A DNA stretch of 36,636 nucleotides, from NCBI GenBank assembly GCA_045863395.1, contig BTVJ01000071.1, forward strand, positions 1 through 36,636, in the 5' to 3' direction. The notes below the pieces were generated by a model that searched no databases, had not been told where the DNA came from, and saw only the letters and a program-made list of their open reading frames with translations. Shown here piece after piece: positions 10,161 to 19,094 of this stretch. This DNA is from Myxococcales bacterium (GTDB lineage Bacteria > Myxococcota_A > UBA9042 > JABWCM01 > BTVJ01). Both the position numbers and the translations under genes were made by a program. Within the stretch, counting starts at the first letter, position 1; every line of letters begins with the position of its first letter.

Positions 10161-10286
10161 GGTAGCTTGCCTGCTGCGGAATGGACGCTCCGTCCGTGGG
10201 TGGCCTGACAGCCTCACGAATGGGCCCTGCCGTTTGACAGCCTCTTCGGCCTGTGGCAGGTGTGGCAGGCCCAGCGAGGGAGATCC

Positions 10287-10559
10287 ATGGAGCAGCTCCA
10301 CTACGCCATCCACCCCCAGGTCGCCTTCCGTGAGGTCGAGGGGGAGATGTTCATCGTCACCCCCGACAACCGCTTCCACAACCTGGTGGACCCGGTCTCC
10401 GTCAGCATCTGGCGCGCCTGTGACGGCACCCCGCGCACCGAGGCGGACCTCACCGCCATGGTGGTCGCCACCTTCCGCGTGGACGAGGCGACCGCGCGCG
10501 CCGACCTGGCCGCCTTCCTCGCCAACGCGGTCAAGCTGCACCTGCTCGTGGCATCGTGA
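10287..10559 (+). CDS. PqqD-family protein (RiPP recognition element)
   Basis: 90 aa from ATG 10287 after a GAGGGAG RBS. IHPQVAFREVEGEMFIV...FHNLVDPVSVSIWRACDG...LTAMVVATFRVDEATARADLAAFLANAVKLHLL has the three-strand plus three-helix PqqD pattern. Confidence 0.85.
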   Translation: MEQLHYAIHPQVAFREVEGEMFIVTPDNRFHNLVDPVSVSIWRACDGTPRTEADLTAMVVATFRVDEATARADLAAFLANAVKLHLLVAS

Positions 10560-11221
10560 GGCTGCTGGCTGCCGGGCTGCTGGTCGGCGTGATCGGGGCG
10601 GTGGCCGTGGCTCATGCCCAGGCGACGTGCCCGGCCGTTCCATTCGAGGGGATGTGCGACGGAGCCATCGTCCGCTGGTGCGACGGCGGAGCGGATCAGG
10701 CGCTGGACTGCGCCGCGAGCAGCCTCTGCTGCGGGTGGGCAGGCGCGCAGGGCTACGGCTGCCTCCCCTGCGGACCCTGCGCGGATGCGTGCGCCGCCGA
10801 AGAGACGGGGTGTAGCCTGGAGGGCAGCCACGCGTGGTCCTGCGCGGCGGGCCCGGGCGGATGCCGCGACCGCGCCTGGACCCCGTGCCAGGGGACGACG
10901 TGCAAGGCCGGCGCGTGTGGAGCCCCCGCGCCAGGAACCGGGGGCGTGGCGTGCCCCACGTCCTGTGACGAGGGCACCCAGGGCTGCGCCAACACGACGA
11001 CCGCCTGGGTCTGCGAGCGCCCCGCCCCGGGCGCATGTCTGCGAAAGGCAACGTCGGTCTGCACCGTCGGGGAGGCGTGCTTCGAGGGGACCTGCCAGCC
11101 CACGGTCGCGGCGAAGGAGGACACGCCGGCGGAGGAGGGCTGCGGCGCGGGCGGCCCGACGGCCGGCTGGGCGCTCGCCGCTATGGCGCTGATGCTGGCC
11201 GCCAGACGGGGTGCACGTTGA
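10556..11221 (+). CDS. Secreted Cys-rich protein with C-terminal MYXO-CTERM-like sorting signal
   Basis: Signal peptide ending AHA-Q, 25 Cys in 221 aa, tail EEGCGAGGPTAGWALAAMALMLAARR (GC + hydrophobic helix + RR). GTG start overlaps the PqqD stop (GTGA). Confidence 0.8.
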   Translation: MRLLAAGLLVGVIGAVAVAHAQATCPAVPFEGMCDGAIVRWCDGGADQALDCAASSLCCGWAGAQGYGCLPCGPCADACAAEETGCSLEGSHAWSCAAGPGGCRDRAWTPCQGTTCKAGACGAPAPGTGGVACPTSCDEGTQGCANTTTAWVCERPAPGACLRKATSVCTVGEACFEGTCQPTVAAKEDTPAEEGCGAGGPTAGWALAAMALMLAARRGAR

Positions 11222-13226
11222 GGCGGTCCGCGCGCTGCCGCGCCTGCTCCGCCGTCACCCCCTCCAGGATCAGGAACCGCCAGCTCACGGGCACGCTCGT
11301 CGGTGAGGTTTCATCCCGGAACGTGACCGTCTGCGCGCCCCGGTCGAGGACCGCGGCCAGGTGCAGCGTCCGCATGTCCTTGATCAGGAAGCGGTCGGGC
11401 CCGAGGCCCAGCAGGCCATTGGCCAACGGGATGCCGATGGTGCTCCAGGTGAAGGCGTCGAGGGGGTAGCTCCGGACCTCGCTCTCCAGCAGGGCCGGAG
11501 AGGTGACCACGTGGTCGTGGGTGAAGGGCATGACGACCTTCACGTCCCGCCCCGGGTCCGCGATCTCCGGTGTGAAGGTGACGGTCAGCCACGCTCCGTC
11601 CGGCGCCTCCTGCCACTGCTCCGTGACGGCCCAGCCCTTGCCCTCCCCCTCGATCCCGAACAGCGGATCCACGTCCGCGCCGGGCGCCTCCTCGACGGTC
11701 AGCGGCTCCACGAGCCCCGTCGCCAGGTCCACCTGCTGGCCGGGCGGCAGGCCCGCGGCGATGATCTGCTCCGCGATGGCCAGGGCCGCCGCGCTGTGGG
11801 TCAGGCTGTACTGGACCTCGCCGTTCCACGGGTTCCAGCCGGTCGCGTCGCTGACCTCCCCGAGCAGCAGCTCCCGCCAGCCTTGGGCGAGCAGCTCCGT
11901 CGGCGGGGCGGCGACGGCGTTCGCGCCCGCGACCTCCGCAGCCAGCAGCGCGTGGCGCGCGCGCACGTTGGCGCGGAGCACCTCGTTGTCTCGCTCGGAG
12001 GCGCCCCAGACCCCGGCCCCGCCCATCCACCGGTAGACGTTCTGTGTGTCTTTGGGCTGCCAGCAGCCGTCGAGGACGGGCGGCAGCTCGGGGACGTCGA
12101 TGCCCGCATCCAGGACGGCCTGGCGCCACGCCCCGAGGCTCGCGATCTTCCAGCCCTGGGCCTCCAGATCGAGGAGCTTCTTCTCGAACTTGTCGTAGCT
12201 CGGCTGGTGGAACACGAACAGGCTCGACAGGTAGGGGTCGAGGTCGTTGGTCATGAGCAGCTCGCCGTCGTCCACGAAGGTCCACATGGAGCGCAGGCCG
12301 GTCGCCGGGTCCTCGGTGGAGCGGCCGCTGATGACCACGTGCCTCCCGCCCATGGCGTACATGGGCGCCACCGGCCCGTCGCCGTGCTGATAGCTCCAGA
12401 GGTTCTTGGGCAGAAGCGCGATATCGTAGCCATACTCGGCCATCAGCGGCGCCATGCCCTCGCCAAACTGGCCCTCCTGGGTGAAGATCGCCCTGGATCT
12501 CTGGATTCCGGCCTTCTCGAACACCGCCTCGTTCATGGCCAGGGAGCGCTCCATGGACTCGCGGTGCCCGGCGATGAAGAGCTGGTCCGAGTAGTGGAAG
12601 CTGACGAGGTCCACCTGGCCTGCCTCGACCAGCGCCTTGGTCAAGGCGAAGGTCTCCGGGTGGCGCTCCATGATGACCTCGAGCATGTAGCCCTGCATCT
12701 CGATGCTGAGGGTCCACGTGGGGTGCGCCGCGAGCAGGTCGAGGACCGGGCGGTAGGACTCGACGATGATCTGGTCCTCCATCTCCTGCTCGTCGAGCTC
12801 GCTGAAGCCCTCGGGGCGCGTCAGGAGGCCGCCCAGGGACGCGATGATCCCCTCGGACCCGCCGGCGACGTACTGGATGTTGAAGTGGAGCAGCGACAGG
12901 GCGTAGTGGGGCAGGTCTGGAGGCGCTGCCACGTCCTGGGCGTCGGCCGCGCCTGAGTCCCCGGTGTCTGGGGTCTCGCCGTCACCGGGGCCAGCCGCGT
13001 CAGGGAATGGGTGGGCGGCGTCACCGGCTGCGTCCGTCAGGGGGACATCAGTGGACGCGACGTCCGCGACAGGGGCGGCATCCACGCTCCCAGCATCCCC
13101 ACCCGCGACGTCCGATGGCGTCCCGGAGTCCGCGCCGCCGGCCTCGGTCCCCGGCTCCTCGCCGCACGCGGCTACGAACGCCAGCGCCACGACCCAGCCA
13201 AACGCACGCGCTCCTACCCGCCGCAT
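11181..13226 (-). CDS. Lipoprotein with GH57-like (NodB/GH57/GH38 superfamily) catalytic domain
   Basis: Lipobox FVAA-C and acidic linker. LLHFNIQY, IVESYRPVLDLL, SIEMQGYMLE...HPE, GQVDLVSFHYSDQLF, FTQEGQ and ELLLGEVSDATGW resemble the GH57 conserved regions (HxHQP, SYxP, G.VE...Y.H, WLPE, AExSDxxW). Confidence 0.7.
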   Translation of the reverse strand: MRRVGARAFGWVVALAFVAACGEEPGTEAGGADSGTPSDVAGGDAGSVDAAPVADVASTDVPLTDAAGDAAHPFPDAAGPGDGETPDTGDSGAADAQDVAAPPDLPHYALSLLHFNIQYVAGGSEGIIASLGGLLTRPEGFSELDEQEMEDQIIVESYRPVLDLLAAHPTWTLSIEMQGYMLEVIMERHPETFALTKALVEAGQVDLVSFHYSDQLFIAGHRESMERSLAMNEAVFEKAGIQRSRAIFTQEGQFGEGMAPLMAEYGYDIALLPKNLWSYQHGDGPVAPMYAMGGRHVVISGRSTEDPATGLRSMWTFVDDGELLMTNDLDPYLSSLFVFHQPSYDKFEKKLLDLEAQGWKIASLGAWRQAVLDAGIDVPELPPVLDGCWQPKDTQNVYRWMGGAGVWGASERDNEVLRANVRARHALLAAEVAGANAVAAPPTELLAQGWRELLLGEVSDATGWNPWNGEVQYSLTHSAAALAIAEQIIAAGLPPGQQVDLATGLVEPLTVEEAPGADVDPLFGIEGEGKGWAVTEQWQEAPDGAWLTVTFTPEIADPGRDVKVVMPFTHDHVVTSPALLESEVRSYPLDAFTWSTIGIPLANGLLGLGPDRFLIKDMRTLHLAAVLDRGAQTVTFRDETSPTSVPVSWRFLILEGVTAEQARQRADRLNVHPVWRPASAP

Positions 13227-13242
13227 CTCGCACCCTCCGATG

Positions 13243-14274
13243 TCACAGGCGGACGTCGACCCACGCCTGGTCCCGAAGCTCCTTCACCCACTGGAGATAG
13301 ACCTTGATCTTCTGCGCCCGGACCAGGCGGTCGTAGACGCGGTCGCGGATCTCTTCCAGATCCTCGATGGCCTTCTGGTCGCGCTCGGTGACCATCAGCA
13401 CCTCGTAGCCGGACTCGGTGCGCACGACCGGCCCCACCTGGCCGGGCTGGAGCTTGAACAGGGCCCGCTCCAGCGCCTCGTCCCGCATGGTCCCCCGCGC
13501 CACCCAGTACAGGTCGCCTCCCGACAGGCGCGTGGAGTCGTCCTCGCTGTACTTGCGGGCCAGGTCGCCGAAGCGCTCCGGCGCCGCGTCCGCCCACTGC
13601 TGGAGCTGCACCGCCACGCGCCTCACGTCCTCCGCCTCGTCGGCGGTCGCAGTGGGCGAGACCCGGAGGAGGATGCGGCTCGCCCGCACGCGCTCGATGA
13701 GCTTTCCGCCGTGATACTCGGCGTCCAGAACCCGCTGGACCTCGCTGTCGCCAACCGTGACCCGGGAGCCGACCTTGATCGACACCACGCGAGCCTTCAG
13801 CAGCTCCTTTCGCGAGATCTCGCGGTATTCCTGGAGCGTGTAGCCGAGCTTGCCCACGCTCTCTTCGAGAGCCGCCTGGTCGAAGCCCGCTGCCCGGGTG
13901 GCGTCGGCGATGTAGGCGTCCACCTCCCGGTCGCTCACGGTGAGCTGCAGCGCGCGGGCCGCCTCCAGCACCAGGATCTCGTCGATGAGCGCCTCCAGGG
14001 ACTCGGCGCGCAGGCGCTCCTCCGTGGCGGCGTCCATCACGGGCGCCTTGTCCCCCTGTGACGCCAGCACCTTGTTGACGGCGGCCGCCCGGTTCAGGTC
14101 GTGGAGGGTGACGATCTCTTCGTTGACGAACGCGACGATGCGGTCGAAGAGCGCGTAGCCTTCTGGAAGCGGTGCGATCTGGTGGAGCACGGGTGCGGGG
14201 CGCTCGGCCGCGGTGGCCGGACCACAGACGAGCAGTGCAAGCGCGATGGCGATGGAGGCACGATCAGTGCTCAT
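13243..14274 (-). CDS. surA: SurA-like periplasmic chaperone / parvulin PPIase
   Basis: Signal peptide, DRIVAFVNEEIVTLHDL (SurA N-domain), LEALIDEILV, VRASRILL, FGDLARKYSED..TRLSGGDLYW, GQVGPVVRTESGY, WVKELRDQAWVDV. mfd-PPIase-surA order. Confidence 0.85.
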   Translation of the reverse strand: MSTDRASIAIALALLVCGPATAAERPAPVLHQIAPLPEGYALFDRIVAFVNEEIVTLHDLNRAAAVNKVLASQGDKAPVMDAATEERLRAESLEALIDEILVLEAARALQLTVSDREVDAYIADATRAAGFDQAALEESVGKLGYTLQEYREISRKELLKARVVSIKVGSRVTVGDSEVQRVLDAEYHGGKLIERVRASRILLRVSPTATADEAEDVRRVAVQLQQWADAAPERFGDLARKYSEDDSTRLSGGDLYWVARGTMRDEALERALFKLQPGQVGPVVRTESGYEVLMVTERDQKAIEDLEEIRDRVYDRLVRAQKIKVYLQWVKELRDQAWVDVRL

Positions 14275-15382
14275 GGCCACCCTTCGCCTTCTCCCGGACC
14301 CGATCGAGCTGCCGCTTCATCTCGTCCTGGGCGTCACCGCCGGGCGGGAGCTGCGGGAGCTGGTCGTGCATGTCCGGGTTCTTGATCAGGGCGAGCTTCT
14401 CCTCGTGGACGACCACCTTCGCCTTTGCGCGCAGCCCCGCCAGGTAGCGCTCTCTCGCGGCCTCCTTCTCGTCCCTGAACAGCTTGTTCTGGATCTGGCG
14501 CTTGACCTCGTCGTAGGACTTCTCCACCCGCGGGCGGCGGTTGGTCAGCATGAGGATCCACGCCTTGCCGTCGACCTCGACGAGGCCGCTCGTGTCGTTG
14601 ATCTTCTCCAGGGCGAAGGCCGCCTCTGCCACGGGCACCGGGACCGTGCCCTCCCCCTCGTCGCGGGTGCCCTCGCGGGTGAAGAAGCCGAGATCCCCGT
14701 TCTGCGTCCCGTAGGGGCTCGCCACGCTCTTGTTCTTGATGAAGTCGTTGAAGGTCTGGCGCCTGCGGCGAGGGTTCTCCTCAAGCGCCTTGGCGAGCTG
14801 GGCCGCCACGGCCTCTCCCGCCGCCCGGTCGGCGAGGATGACCGCGCTCGCCCGCACCTGCTCGGGCTTGTGGTACTGGTCGGGGTTCTGGTCGTAGTAC
14901 GCCCGCATGGCCTCCTCGCTGATGTCGGTCAGCTTGACCAGCTCGGAGATGTCGTCCTTGACGAGCTTCTTGATCATCGCCTGCTTCATGGCGAAGACCA
15001 CGTCCGGGTCCTTGTCGTAGCCCTTCGCCCGGGCCTCGAGCGCCAGCAGCTCGAACTCCACCAGGTTGTCCAGGAACTCCTTCTTCTTCTCGATGGCGTT
15101 GTAGCGGATGCGGACGTAGGACGGCTGCTCGTTGAGCCGATCCTCCAGCTCGCCCAGCGTGATCTTGACGTCCCCGAGGGTCGCGACCACCACCGCGCGG
15201 TCCTCCTCGGACAGCTTCGACACGGCGACCTGGTCGGCGGGGTGGCCGAGGTGGCCCGGGGCCGGCACGTTGGCCTGGGCCGCGACGCCCTTGACCGACT
15301 CGGGGGACGGCTTCTCGGGCTTGGCGCCGTTGCACGCCGCGAGCGCCAGCGCGATGGAGGCTATGAACAGGGTCCGGGTCAT
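14264..15382 (-). CDS. PpiC-type peptidyl-prolyl cis-trans isomerase, lipoprotein (PrsA-like)
   Basis: ATG at 15382, MTRTLFIASIALALAA-C lipobox. VVATLGDVKITLGE, FLDNLVEFELLALEARAKG, PEQVRASAVI, NGDLGFFTR, YLAGLRAKAKV. Confidence 0.88.
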   Translation of the reverse strand: MTRTLFIASIALALAACNGAKPEKPSPESVKGVAAQANVPAPGHLGHPADQVAVSKLSEEDRAVVVATLGDVKITLGELEDRLNEQPSYVRIRYNAIEKKKEFLDNLVEFELLALEARAKGYDKDPDVVFAMKQAMIKKLVKDDISELVKLTDISEEAMRAYYDQNPDQYHKPEQVRASAVILADRAAGEAVAAQLAKALEENPRRRRQTFNDFIKNKSVASPYGTQNGDLGFFTREGTRDEGEGTVPVPVAEAAFALEKINDTSGLVEVDGKAWILMLTNRRPRVEKSYDEVKRQIQNKLFRDEKEAARERYLAGLRAKAKVVVHEEKLALIKNPDMHDQLPQLPPGGDAQDEMKRQLDRVREKAKGGHEH

Positions 15383-15427
15383 GCTCGCTCCGGGTCCGAG
15401 GGGGGGCCGCCGTCGGGGCGACCCGTC

Positions 15428-15456
15428 CATCTACCATGGGGTGGGCCCGGCGGCAA
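15428..15456 (-). promoter_or_regulatory. Putative sigma70 promoter for the PPIase-surA genes
   Basis: Minus strand TTGCCG (15456-15451), 17 nt, TAGATG (15433-15428), with a TG dinucleotide upstream of the -10. Confidence 0.4.
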
Positions 15457-15481
15457 GGCCGCGCTCGGCGCCCCGCGGCGG

Positions 15482-18400
15482 TCAGACGGACACGCCCCGC
15501 GACTCCGCGAAGTTGGCAAGCTCGCCGAGCGCCTGGTCCACGGTGTCCAGCGGCCGCCCCGCCTCCGCCGGGCTCACCCCGCGGGCGATGCCGCTCGCGT
15601 CCTTGAGGAGCCGCCACCGGGAGCCCGGGCGACCGACGAAGGCGAGCAGCGCGTCCGTCGGGATGGGCCCCTGAGGGTGCGGCCGCAGCACGATGGCGGC
15701 CTCGGTCAGGTCCACCTTGTCCAGGCCCAGGCGACGCGCGCGCAGGCGGAGGCCCGTGAGGGCCGCGAGGGCGACCACCTCATCGGGCGCCCGACCGCAG
15801 CGGTCGGCGATCTCCCGCAGCGCATCGTCCGCCTCGCCGCTCGTCCGCGCGCCGGCGAAGCGCTTGTAGAAGGCGAGCCGCTGGCCGACGTCCGGGCAGT
15901 AGGCCTCGGGGATGTACGCAGGCACGGGGACCCGCAGCTCCGTGTCGATGCGCACCACCGGGGCCTCTCCCCGGATGGAGCGCACCGCCTCGTCCAGCAT
16001 CTCCAGGTAGAGCTCGTAGCCCACCGCGTCGATCTGGCCGTGCTGCTCCGCGCCGAGCAGGTTGCCAGCGCCCCGGATCTCCAGATCGTGGCTCGCGATC
16101 TGGAAGCCCGCGCCCAGCTCCGAGCACCGCTGGAGCGCCGCGATGCGCCGCGCCGCGTCCGGCCGCAGCCTGGATGGCTCGGGGATCAGCAGCCAGGCAT
16201 AGGCGCGCTGGTGGCCCCGCCCGATGCGCCCGCGGATCTGATAGAGCTCCGCCAGCCCCAGCATGTCCGCCCTGTCCACGATGAGGGTGTTGGCGTTGGG
16301 GATGTCGAGCCCGCTCTCGATGATGGTCGTGCAGACCAGCACCTGGACCTCCCCGCTGACGAAGCGCCGCATGACCTTCTCGAGGGCGCCCTTGTGCATC
16401 TGGCCGTGGGCCACCGCCACCCGCGCGCCCGGCACCAGGCGCTCCACCGTCTCCGCCCGGACCCCGATGCTCTCGACCCGGTTGTGGAGCAGGTAGACCT
16501 GGCCGCCCCGCGCCAGCTCCCGCTCGATGGCCTGGCGCACCACGTCGTCCGTGTCGCGCTCCACGATGGTGCGAATGGCGAGGCGATCCCGTGGCGGCGT
16601 CGCGATGATGCTCAGGTCGCGGATGCCGCTCATCGCCATGTGGAGGGTGCGGGGGATCGGGGTCGCCGTCAGGGTCAGCACGTCCACCTGCGTCCGGAGC
16701 TGCTTGATGCGCTCCTTGTCCTTGACGCCGAAGCGGTGCTCCTCGTCGATGACGAGGAGCCCGAGATCGCGGAACCTCACGTCCTTCTGGAGGAGGCGGT
16801 GGGTGCCGATCACCACGTCCACCTGGCCCTTGGCGACCCGGTCGAGCACCGCGCGCTGCTCGCCCGCCGTCTTGAAGCGGGACAGGCTCTCCACGATGAC
16901 CGGGTGGGCCCGGAAGCGCCCCTCGAAGGTGACGAGGTGCTGCTCGGCGAGGACGGTCGTCGGCACCAGGACCGCCGCCTGCTTGCCGTCGAGGGCCGCC
17001 TTGAACGCGGCGCGCACCGCGACCTCCGTCTTGCCGTAGCCCACGTCCCCGCAGACCAGGCGGTCCATGGGGCGCTCCGCCTGCATGTCGGCGAGGACGT
17101 CCTCGATGGCCTTCTCCTGGTGCGGCGTCTCCTCGTAGGGGAAGGTGGCCTCGAAGGCGCGGAACGCCTCGTCCGGGGGCGAGAACGCGTGGCCCGACTT
17201 CGCAGCCCGCGCCGCGTACAGGCGCACCAGCTCCCCCGCCATGGCCATGACGTCCTTGCGGACCCTGGCCTTCGTTCGCTCCCAGCTCGTGCCGCCCAGC
17301 CGGTCGAGCGGCGGCGCGTCCCCGTCGCCGCCCACGTAGCGGGAGACGAGATCCAGGCGCTGCACCGGCAGGTAGAGCTTGTGGTCGTCCTTGTAGACGA
17401 GCAGCAGGAAGTCGCCCGGGATGCCCTCGATGACCAGGCGCTGGAGCCCGTCGTAGCGCCCGATGCCGTGATCCGTGTGGACGACCAGGTCACCCGGCTC
17501 GAGCTCCTGGAACGAGGAGATCAGCGCCGCAGGATCCGCCGTCGGCCGCCGCTGGGTGGCGGGGACCCGGGCACCCAGGATCTCAGAGGCGTCGAGCACG
17601 GCCACGCCCAGCGCCGCGGAGCGGAAGCCCTCCCCCACCGTGCCGGTGTGGAGCTGCACGGGGCTCCGGCGGTCCGGAGACGCCAGGTCGTCCAGGCGAA
17701 GGGGGCGGTCGACCACGGAGGCGCGGACCCCGTAGGGCCGCAGCATGGCCTGCAGGCGCTGGGCGCCCCCGATGGTGTGGCAGGTGACCGCGATGGCCAG
17801 CCCCGAGCGACGCCACGCCGCGAAGCGCCGGACGAGCGGGGCGAGCGCCTGGTCCTGCCCCCGCGCCGCCTCCAGCTCCGCCGTTACGTCGCGGTTGGAC
17901 TGGGGCCGCACCCGCACCACGTCCCCGGCGCCCACCACCACGCGCTCCAGGCGCAGGCGCGGCCTGCGCTCCAGGACGGCGGCCAGATCGCCGGGTGTGG
18001 CCGTCCACAGCTCCGGCGGCAGCACCAGGCGCTCCCTGCGGCGGGCGGCCTCGTGCTCGATGGCGAACCGCTCCCGCAGCTCGTCGACGCGGCCGTGGAC
18101 CGCGGCGCCGTCGTCGATGACGACCAGGGCGTCGGAGGGGAGGTGCTCCGCGAGGCCCACCAGGCGATCGTGAAAGGCCGGCGTGAGCGCCAGGACGGAC
18201 GGCCCCACCGATCCGCTCGCCACGTCGTCGAGCACCGCGCGGAGCTGGGACGAGCGGAAGCCCAGGTCGTCGGCGAGGCGACGGATCCCGGCGCGAGCCC
18301 GCGCGACCGCCTCGGCGGACAGGGGCACCTCGCTGGCGGCGGGCAGGACGACACGCTCCACCTCGGCGCCCGATCGCTGGGTCTCCGGATCGAAGAGCCG

Positions 18401-19021
18401 AAGCTGATCGACCTCGTCGCCAAAGAGGTCGACGCGCACCGGGGACGGGGTGAGGGTCGAGAACACGTCCAGGATGCCGCCCCGGACGGCGAACGTGCCG
18501 GGGTCCTCCACGAGGGGGACGCGCACGTAGCCCGCCTCGACCAGGCGCTCGATGAAGCGGTCCCGGTCGAGGGTCTGCCCCCGGACGATCTCGAGCCGCT
18601 GCGCCTCGAGGGAGGCCGGCGGCGGGACCCGCAGGGCGAGGACCGCCGCGGGGACCACGGCGAGGCGCACCCCCTGCCCCTCGCGCAGGCGATGGAGCCC
18701 CGCCAGGCGCTCCATGGTGGCAAAGCGATTCGGGGCGATCTCCTGGTAGGGGGAGACGTCGGCGGGCTCCAGGAGCACCACGCCCGCCCCGTCGACCCAG
18801 CTCGACAGGGCCGCATGGAGCATGCGCGCGCGGTCGAGGCTCGCGGTGACGACCACGAACGGCCGGCCCAGGCGGCGCTGGAGCGCGCAGAGCAGGAACG
18901 GGGCAAAGCCGCCCTCGGCGCCACCGACGACCACGTCGGCCTCAGGGTCCCCGAGCCGCCCCTCGATGGCGGCCAGCCCGGCGCCCGTGTCCAGCAGCTC
19001 CTCGATGTCGTCCTTGAACAT
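15482..19021 (-). CDS. mfd: Transcription-repair coupling factor
   Basis: UvrB-homology GTFAVRGGILDVF, CarD/RID GDLVVHTDHGIGRY, helicase motifs CGDVGYGKTEVA, IDEEHRFG, LTATPIPRT, QIRGRIGR, TRG DLEIRGAGNLLG, and C-terminal TRCF domain. Start at ATG 19021 (MFKDDIEELL). Confidence 0.98.
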   Translation of the reverse strand: MFKDDIEELLDTGAGLAAIEGRLGDPEADVVVGGAEGGFAPFLLCALQRRLGRPFVVVTASLDRARMLHAALSSWVDGAGVVLLEPADVSPYQEIAPNRFATMERLAGLHRLREGQGVRLAVVPAAVLALRVPPPASLEAQRLEIVRGQTLDRDRFIERLVEAGYVRVPLVEDPGTFAVRGGILDVFSTLTPSPVRVDLFGDEVDQLRLFDPETQRSGAEVERVVLPAASEVPLSAEAVARARAGIRRLADDLGFRSSQLRAVLDDVASGSVGPSVLALTPAFHDRLVGLAEHLPSDALVVIDDGAAVHGRVDELRERFAIEHEAARRRERLVLPPELWTATPGDLAAVLERRPRLRLERVVVGAGDVVRVRPQSNRDVTAELEAARGQDQALAPLVRRFAAWRRSGLAIAVTCHTIGGAQRLQAMLRPYGVRASVVDRPLRLDDLASPDRRSPVQLHTGTVGEGFRSAALGVAVLDASEILGARVPATQRRPTADPAALISSFQELEPGDLVVHTDHGIGRYDGLQRLVIEGIPGDFLLLVYKDDHKLYLPVQRLDLVSRYVGGDGDAPPLDRLGGTSWERTKARVRKDVMAMAGELVRLYAARAAKSGHAFSPPDEAFRAFEATFPYEETPHQEKAIEDVLADMQAERPMDRLVCGDVGYGKTEVAVRAAFKAALDGKQAAVLVPTTVLAEQHLVTFEGRFRAHPVIVESLSRFKTAGEQRAVLDRVAKGQVDVVIGTHRLLQKDVRFRDLGLLVIDEEHRFGVKDKERIKQLRTQVDVLTLTATPIPRTLHMAMSGIRDLSIIATPPRDRLAIRTIVERDTDDVVRQAIERELARGGQVYLLHNRVESIGVRAETVERLVPGARVAVAHGQMHKGALEKVMRRFVSGEVQVLVCTTIIESGLDIPNANTLIVDRADMLGLAELYQIRGRIGRGHQRAYAWLLIPEPSRLRPDAARRIAALQRCSELGAGFQIASHDLEIRGAGNLLGAEQHGQIDAVGYELYLEMLDEAVRSIRGEAPVVRIDTELRVPVPAYIPEAYCPDVGQRLAFYKRFAGARTSGEADDALREIADRCGRAPDEVVALAALTGLRLRARRLGLDKVDLTEAAIVLRPHPQGPIPTDALLAFVGRPGSRWRLLKDASGIARGVSPAEAGRPLDTVDQALGELANFAESRGVSV

Positions 19022-19094
19022 GGGACTCCGCCATGGCGGTTGGCTTCCCGCGCCCGGCTCGCTACCATAGCGCCCACTGATGGCCGGATCACGC

